Shown in pieces: positions 56,225-64,000 of a stretch of DNA of 64,000 bases; position 1 is the stretch's first letter, and every line of letters starts with the position of its first letter. Below the pieces are notes generated by a model. It did not search any database. It was not told the origin of the DNA and worked only from the letters and a program-made list of their open reading frames with translations. The position numbers and the translations under genes are program-made. The stretch is from Tubulanus polymorphus (lineage: Eukaryota; Animalia; Nemertea): NCBI RefSeq assembly GCF_964204645.1, contig NC_134026.1, positions 26,570,150 to 26,634,149 of the forward strand. The letters are read 5' to 3'.

Positions 56225-59200
56225 TTATTGTGAAAGAAGTTTCTCAATGTCGCCAATTAATTTCTGGTTGTATTCAATAGAATTCCGAGGTGTTGCTGAA
56301 ACACCGACTGTTTTTAATCGGTTTTCATCCTACAAAATAAGGTAGGATAAATAATAATAATAATAATAAACTGTAAATAGTTGATTAACCTTGCCTAGAA
56401 ACTAGAAGGTATTACTAAGGAAAGTAATGATTGGTTCAACTGATGGATTAAACGATGTGTAAACCTGATACAAGGCTTGTAAAACATTTGCAATATTTGG
56501 ATTCCCAATTCCCATTATCGACTGTATTTGGGAATTGCTATTTCTAAACCGGAATATGTTCAATCTGAACCTGTCCAATTAAGTACTTGTAGTACTTGTA
56601 GTAGACTCCACTCAAAGAAGGATTCAACAAACTGGGTTACAGTAAAATCATAACCAAGTTTTCTTCGCAACAATAAGTGCACAATTACTTACATTATAGG
56701 ATTCCATCTTGGCTCTCATTCTGAATGTGTAGGCTTTGAAGAGTGCAGCTTGGAATTTTGCTTCAAAAGCTGAATCATTCTAGAAGTAAATTACTCATGT
56801 TAGCCAACATTATAATATAATTTCCCTCTCAACTATAGCCTCAGGTAGTGACACTTACCTCATCTCTGAGTTCTCCTAGTTCTTGTGCCGATATGCCCAA
56901 TATCTTTTCTCCAGTATCTTGAAAGAACGTAGCCCATTGATTATCTGTAAAATCAGCAATGCTGACCTGTCAAAAAGATATAATATTACCAGTCATATAT
57001 CATCATAATCGAGGTAACTCTTCAAGATAAGGCATGTTCAATGTATCTTCATAATCACCTGTAAAATCATCCTATGCTTAAAATTAGGATATTCTTTGCC
57101 ACACTTTTCACATCGATACATTCCATTGCCCTGGTCTATCACCTTTTTATTGCAATCTTCTTTTGGACACGCCTGAAACATAATTTAGCAATGAATAATC
57201 AAAGATTCTTGAAGATACAAAGATTTATAGAAGTAAAGCCCAGTACTAACGTTATAGAGACAATTATCTTTCTTGATAAATAATATTGTGCCATTTGCTG
57301 TGAAATACTCTGGTTTATCTTGTCCAATATTGCCACCTTTTACTTCAGAGAATAGTTTCCAATTGGTTCCCCCTAAAGACAATGTAGAATTAATCAACAA
57401 TAAGAAAATTCTTCATGAAATACATCTACGGTACTTACATCAACACATAGTAACAGATCTCTTAATAAGCTTACCTTGGTTTCCCCCTTGACTATCATTT
57501 CTGAAGCTATCAAATTCCGCATTACAACCCTCATTATCAAACCATCCTCGCAGTAAATGTGCCTCTGGGATATCAGGGTTTATAAACATCTGGCTACTCA
57601 TAGAAACGGATAATGAACGACCTACAATTGAAAACCTACATATTGAACCTTGTTCACAATCAAAAACAAAACACACACACCTCATTCACTTATACACACC
57701 TCCAAATTCAGAAATCTTTGCACCTTTCACTGCTATCACAGGGTTGGTATCTCCTTCAAAATTCTCTGCCTGAATAAAACATGAAAACAGTGAACAATTG
57801 TTAAACAAATCATCAAAGATTCATGAAATTGGTCAACTTTATAAAATAACGTACATCATTTCCCCAAAGTGTAAGGTTTATTTGAGTATTTGTTGTATCG
57901 ACCAATTGCAAATCACGTTTTTTAAACTCTCTTTGACTCGCTTTACCGGTGATTGTTGTACACTCAGCTGCTGACTTGACAATGCCTATCACATCTGTAA
58001 CGATAGAAAACCCATCATAGCCAATGATTAAAATGAAACTGACACGAGTTCAATAACTGTAATTTTTACCCACCAGCTGTCGTATCAGCAGATTTTGAAG
58101 CAAACTGGTTAATAGGAACAAAGTCATATTTTATCTGCGGCAAATCAACAGTTTCATCGCATAAAGTGACCTGGGTATCATTATTAAAGGTCATCTCATA
58201 GTCATTGTTTACTGTACTGTACTGTTTATTGGCTGTTTTTAAAGTACCACGACTAACAAAATAGACCTGCAAAAATGACAAGATTTATGAAAGATTAGTA
58301 ATGATACTATCAATGCGAATGACAGGATTCCCCGATGGTACACAACTAATATTTCTTACTTTTCCAACTTCAATCATATCGTGATATTTATCAACTTGTT
58401 CTTTAAATGCAGTTGCTCTGATTTCTCCACTTTCATCCAGGAAATTCATTGAAAATAACTTCCCTTCACCTCTCGAATTATTCCACGTTCGGATGGGGGT
58501 TTTCATTGTAACACGAGCTCGAATCTGCCACCTGAAATGTAAAAAATGTTTAGAATCTGCTCCAATCATTGAAAATTCTGATTACTGTGTAAACAACGGT
58601 TTTTCTCCCCACAATAAACTCATATCAAAATTCCTCTGCAAATTGGTTAAACTTAACACTTGATGCATCCTTGGATCACTCTACTCGTTAAATTTTAGTC
58701 ATTCAACTTGTATTCAATATTCTCATTTGATTTTAAGAAAGTACCCCCTAGTTTGTCTCCTTTCAACTGTTGACTGATTTTAATTACGCAGATATTCACT
58801 ATTGTTTTATATAATTACCCCTAGTTTGCTCCCCTGTGATCCGCTTCAGCTTATTATTATAATAATAATGTTTATTTGGTCAAAGTGTTTACACTTATAT
58901 GACAATAATAATAAACTGAACAAAATTATAAATACAGATGGCGCTACGGTTTCACAATATAATATCTTAATTGATATAGATAAGTAATTATTTAAATCAT
59001 TTAATTAGTGTCGCTTAGGAGATCTTCTGTCTGAACATCCCTAACAAATATTTTCCAATATTAGTTAATCTGCCGACTGACTGCGAGCACAGAAGCTCTA
59101 CAAATATGAAGATATTTGGATTACGAATGTAGTATCTTGGTAAAAGGTCTCTTCTAAGTGAAATATACGCTTAGCAGGAAAGGAGAACATGAAACTCGTC

Positions 59201-62200
59201 TTCAACAGCACTACGACATATTCTACAGATACGGTTTTCTCTAGTTACCAGTCTCGTCCATCTGCCACTTTCAATTGCCAAATTATGGCTACTACATCGA
59301 AATTTTGAAATAATATTCACAATATTTGTATAGTTAATATCAAGATATTTTTCGTACTCAAAGTTGTTTTTGAATTCTCTGTACAATGAACATTTTTGGC
59401 TATTGTTAAGTGCCTCAGACCATGATTGAATATATTGGTCTTTTAGTCTTTGCTCAACTAATTTAAAAAAGACATTTCGGTTACCAACAGATTGCACTAG
59501 CTAATAGTTACCTAAGCCGAGACTATTAAATAAGTCTCGCAGTTTTGATACGGATAGGTTAGTTTGAAACTGTGTACAAAGTAGGTCATATGTTTTACGC
59601 ACGAGAAAGTTACTATCAGCTTGTAAAATTTTTGTCCAGAATTTACTGGAGATTTTAGCATCAATAGAAAGGGGGAAACGTCCTAGTTCTCCATACACCA
59701 TTACTTTTGGGGTCTAGGAGCGAAGGTTAAGTACAGATTTACAAATTATATTATTTCTAGTTTGTATCAATCTTGATTTAACAAATTAGTCTCTTTGTTC
59801 TGAATTTGTATAACAATCGCTGTTGTATCTGTGTTCCTAAAGGAGGCTATTAGAATATAGTCGAAACGTTGAATAAACTACACTAGCTGTAGAAAAGCAT
59901 TTTCAGACTTTTTCGTTTTTATTGTGGGATTCTCATAATAAAACATGTTTAGGATTTACAGATTGATATTTTTCACTAGATATTCTTCAATACTTGGCCC
60001 TATGAACTACTATGGGAACAATGAGAAACATATTATCATGTCAAGCGCCTTGATCTATGCAGTGACAAACTATTGGCAAATGAAAGACAATTGACACTAA
60101 ATAGATCATAAATTAGATTATAATTATCATCACCAGTTAACATCATGCAACAAACTTTATTAATAGACTTTAGTTAATAGCACTAACTTTGATCAAAGTA
60201 ACACTTGTCCGATTGTCATTATGGGTGCTAACTAACTTAATACAAACAGGTGGGTACAAATAGGCCCAAACCCACCATCTAAGGCCATTTGAACTTGAAA
60301 AAATATAGAGATCTGAACATGGAAAACACAGAAAACAGAGCAACAATGAATGAATCTAGATCACTGTTGAATGCTGGCATTCAGGATGAAACTGGTCGCA
60401 TAAATATTCCAATCGTGGCAAAGATACTAATGGACTACATCACAAAACACAAACTTGCTGCAGATCAAGAAGCCTTACTTGGTATGTAATATATTTCACA
60501 ACCATTCATCATCAACAAAATGATCATAAGAACAACAAACTTGAAATTGATTCACTCCTGACATCGCTTTCCAAATTTGTTTCCAGATGAACAATTGACA
60601 ACATTAGACAGTGAATTACCGACGGTATTGAGACAACTTAAACGCAGCATTTTACATGAAACAAAAGCACAATTCAGAAAATATCGTCTTTGGATTGAGC
60701 GAAAAATACAAATACTAGTACAACAGGCGACTGCTATTTACGTGGAATTTAATCAGGATGAAAGTGATATAACGGAAAATGTTGAACAGCATGAATTAAA
60801 TACATTTACAGTGTGGCCGTGTACTGGACGAGATTGTTAGTATTGCTAAATACAATACCCGGTATTGTACTGTGCTATTTTTACCATTAAATCCAAATGA
60901 ACAACATTCGTTTCATTTAGCAAAATCTCTTATTTTGTACCTGTTTTGGTAGGGATTCAAACTACTAATCGGGTGAACTTTCATTGTACTGCCTCCAGGC
61001 GTGCTAGGTGCATTGCGATGGAAAACCGATTGATTCCCAGATGGTTTTGGAGGAGATGCTGTAAATTAAAAAGTATTTCTAACAATTATTTTAACCATCA
61101 GTTTTTACTGAGGCACATTTTTTCATTCAATTTCATTATCTTACTCATTGTATTTCTCTGTGGTTCTGGTTTTGGAGCGTTGTTGTTGTTATTGTTGGTC
61201 ACAGCTGAAAAAAATAATTCCAGGCAATGATACATTTAAATACAAATACAAACTTATCAGCTTACTACAATGCCAGTAACTTACATCCCTTTCCACTGGT
61301 GGCTCCAAGCTTGAATACTTGCGGTGAACCAATACTCTCTCCGACTTCTGCACCCGGGCGGATGACTTCTAGCGCCAACAATATCATCACACGCCTGTTT
61401 AATATGACAATCAATGGCAGTTGATGATCAATGCAAGAATAGAAGAATACCAATTCGAAATCAATTTCAAATGAGATTATCTGTAACATACTTGTCTGGG
61501 GTGATAGCATTACACAGATACTTGTCTAATCGGATGACAGTGAATGAATCCAGTTGACCTTCCAAAACTAGATGATTTAACTGAGTGGCGAGCATAGCAG
61601 CTGAAATCATAGAAATCAAGTGCGGTGAAAGAAGATTGCGAGTTTTCAGTTACCTATGAAATGAATGTATACAAATACTCACAGGAATGATGATATTTCC
61701 CATCTGAAAGCATCAATCTGTAACGATCCTGACCCTGCGGTCCCCCAGATATCTTCTTTTGTCCCTGAAATGAATAATCAATGATGGCATTTGATTCAAA
61801 TTCAGATAATAGAGTTCAGTTGAAGGACATAATATACTTTTCATTCATAATTGAACTAACCAGAATTTGAAGGATAGGGCGTTCTACATTCCCACCACAC
61901 ATTATATTCTGAAAAGAGAATTACACATAGGATCTACCAGTATACACGTTTACAATAAGCTTAAAACTAAGTTTTCTAGCTACTAGGTATTTTTCTAGGC
62001 CTATTCATTTAGTTTGATATGAACTGCACTGTACAACCCCCAAGTTGAGTAACACAGGCACAATTCTACATATAGTTTAGAAAAAAAGAGGGCCGGGCTG
62101 GGGGTCTCTGGCTATGCCGGGATGGAAGACGTCTCAAAAAAGTAAAAAAGAGGCTTGCATTATTGCATTTTTGCAAGCAGCAGATGCAGAGGCGCAAATA

Positions 62201-62465
62201 AAGCAACAGGTAGTTTGAGGTCTTGCCTTCCCCATTTTATAAATATCGAAGCGACTGCAGTTACGTGTCATTAGTAATGAATTCTATCTTATGAATTTGC
62301 GAAATAAATTTTCTTGATTTGAATTGAAGTTTCGGGATTCTGGAAAATGAAAGTGCAGTCCTACTGAGTCAAATAAAGTCCATTAATGTACCGGGTAAGT
62401 AAATAAAACATGTCATTGTATTCATTCATACTTACCTCAATTGCACCAGCTGTGAGAGAAGTCAT
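56225..62465 (-). CDS. RPA1: Replication protein A 70 kDa subunit
   Basis: [102 protein letters not shown] zinc finger; stop at 56227-56225. Confidence 0.97.
58852..59760 (-). mobile_element. 5'-truncated non-LTR retrotransposon fragment (L2/CR1 group, ORF2 C-terminus) in an RPA1 intron
   Basis: [10 protein letters not shown]...[10 protein letters not shown]...[48 protein letters not shown] with in-frame stops; AATAAA plus (ATT)n tail near 58852-58876. Confidence 0.9.
59832..59877 (+). ncRNA. Decayed minimal type-I hammerhead ribozyme motif (Penelope-like pseudo-LTR remnant)
   Basis: Stem I TGTTC/GAATA, mutated core CTAAAGGA, stem II GGCTAT/ATAGTC, GAAA-CG-TT, followed by AATAAA. Confidence 0.5.
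60319..60840 (+). CDS. Candidate nested two-exon gene (138 aa, unknown function) antisense within an RPA1 intron
   Basis: AACATGG start; exon 60319-60481 |GTATGT...TTTCCAG| exon 60587-60840 joins in frame; ATTAAA downstream. Confidence 0.55.
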
Positions 62466-62516
62466 TTTGATAAAATCTGAATAAAGAAATCGATTTATAC
62501 TCAAACCGTAAAATGT

Positions 62517-62556
62517 ACGCGAAAATTTACTTCCGGCGCTTCTCTTATCGCGGGAG
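62517..62556 (-). promoter_or_regulatory. RPA1 proximal promoter with E2F-like and ETS-like sites
   Basis: ACGCGAAAA (62517-62525), ACTTCCGG and TCGCGGGA lie within about 90 bp upstream of the RPA1 ATG; RPA genes are known E2F targets. Confidence 0.5.
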
Positions 62557-63267
62557 TTTACCCTACTTTTAGGATAGGGCTTCATTTTTGACCGGTGCTC
62601 GCTACAGCAATGAATAGAATTTGAGTTGATTTAATATATCGGCTTTTTTACATCGGATTTACAATTTGTTGAAATGCCGATGGTTATGTGATGAATCTTT
62701 TCTTACTGTTCTATTTAGGACTCGAACCCAATCGGTATCCATACTTCCCGCCGGCGTCATCCGCGCCATGCATGACGCACCACTGGAAGGACCAATCAGA
62801 TCTAGATATTTTCTTCGCGGGAATACAAGTCCACTTTTTGTACCAAATGTCAATGGTGGTTCTTTGGTTTGCAACCACCATCACCTACGAACGAAAGCTT
62901 TGATCAAGATCTCTTCATCAATTTCCAGTGCCCAGGATCATCGAGACATCATCAAATTGATTTCCGGCCACTAATTATTGTCTATGCACATCTAGATCGA
63001 TGTAATTATTGATTGACTCGCTGCTTGTTCTAATCAAGATACTCCCGGAACTGTAATTACTAGAGGTAGGAAGTGTTAAGCGGTCAACTTCTCTAAAGTT
63101 TCTAAGCAACAGTGAAAACATTGCGCGGGGCCAGGTCTAGAGTGTGGACAGCTCTTATTATTAACTTCCCGTTATTTGACATAGTTCAGGACTACGATGA
63201 AGTGACAGGATTAGCTGCAGTGGTACGCAGGTATTTCATCGAACCAGGGAATACAGAAAGTTCTAGA

Positions 63268-63960
63268 ATGATATCATCTACGATTTTATTGGTATTGATA
63301 TATTTGTCCTCAACAACAGGTAAACCCGCGCTTTTATCTTATAGCTTACCTTTTTCATAACGTTGAAAAACTGAAACTGCTCGTTTTGATTCCTTCTGTA
63401 GTTGTCTCTGCGTTAAAATGCTACAGTTGTTTCGGGACGAACAAAGCAGGGGAAGGCGTTATAACGACAAACAAGAACGTGGGCCCGATAAACGTCACGA
63501 AGCCATGTTTCGACGGAGCAGTACTTGACTTAAATTTGATAAAGAATCATACATGCGACCGGGTAAAAGGAAACGCCAACTTTTCATGTATGGTAAGTAT
63601 GGTAGATACAATTACAACGGCTACTAATGAATAAATGCGAGCTGTTTAATTCGCGGTAGTTTGGACCATCAGCCCGACAGGGATTAATCACGCAATATTT
63701 CGTTTCAGAAAGCTTCATCACGCTGGAATAGTGTTGCCGCTGTGTATAGGGTCTGTGAACCGAACTGCACCGCTGGTTATCACAAAATCGACGGTCACGA
63801 ATATTACGCCTGGTGCTGCAACAGTGATTTGTGCAATTCCGCAACAAAGGTCTCCACTCCGCGTTTGTTGTGGACTTCGCTAATGACGACTTTAATATAT
63901 TTCGTTCGTATGCCACGATTTCCGGAAACTGTCTTTCGTCAAGGGTTCGCGAAACGTTAA
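63268..63960 (+). CDS. Ly6/uPAR three-finger protein, 3 exons
   Basis: Signal peptide MISSTILLVLIYLSSTT|VVSA-LKCYSC...C...C...CMK...RVC..C...WCCNSDLCN, then a hydrophobic segment. Confidence 0.9.
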
Positions 63961-64000
63961 CCATGATTAACACTAACTCTTCCAATGTCTGGATTAACTT

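Noticed and set aside
56425-56472. C/D snoRNA-like ATGATT...CTGA in an RPA1 intron
   Set aside because: Too short and on the strand opposite the host transcript.

Overview
AT-rich, gene-dense animal genomic DNA with short GT-AG introns, most consistent with a compact invertebrate (probably spiralian) genome; no prokaryotic or CRISPR features. Exons were spliced and translated by hand. From left to right: (1) the 3' end of an unidentified gene built from symmetric phase-0 microexons rich in basophilic kinase sites; (2) an 8-exon type I membrane protein with a PLAT/LH2 ectodomain and a tyrosine-motif tail; (3) an intronless peptide-type GPCR; (4) two tandem calmodulin-like paralogs; (5) a 5-HT1-like aminergic GPCR; (6) CHEK2, SUPT4H1 and SPATA22; (7) an uncharacterised DUF7918-like gene head-to-head with KANSL3; (8) BTBD16, a Ly6/three-finger gene, a repeat cluster, DENR, RPA1 and a second Ly6 gene. 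The large RPA1 intron holds a LINE fragment, a Penelope-like remnant and a candidate nested antisense gene. The most unusual signals are a minimal hammerhead-ribozyme-like motif whose helix III position holds a ~200-nt (TA)n run, the microexon cassette, the PLAT receptor, a duplicated splice acceptor that would create a premature stop, and the nested gene. Family calls rest on recalled motifs, not database searches.
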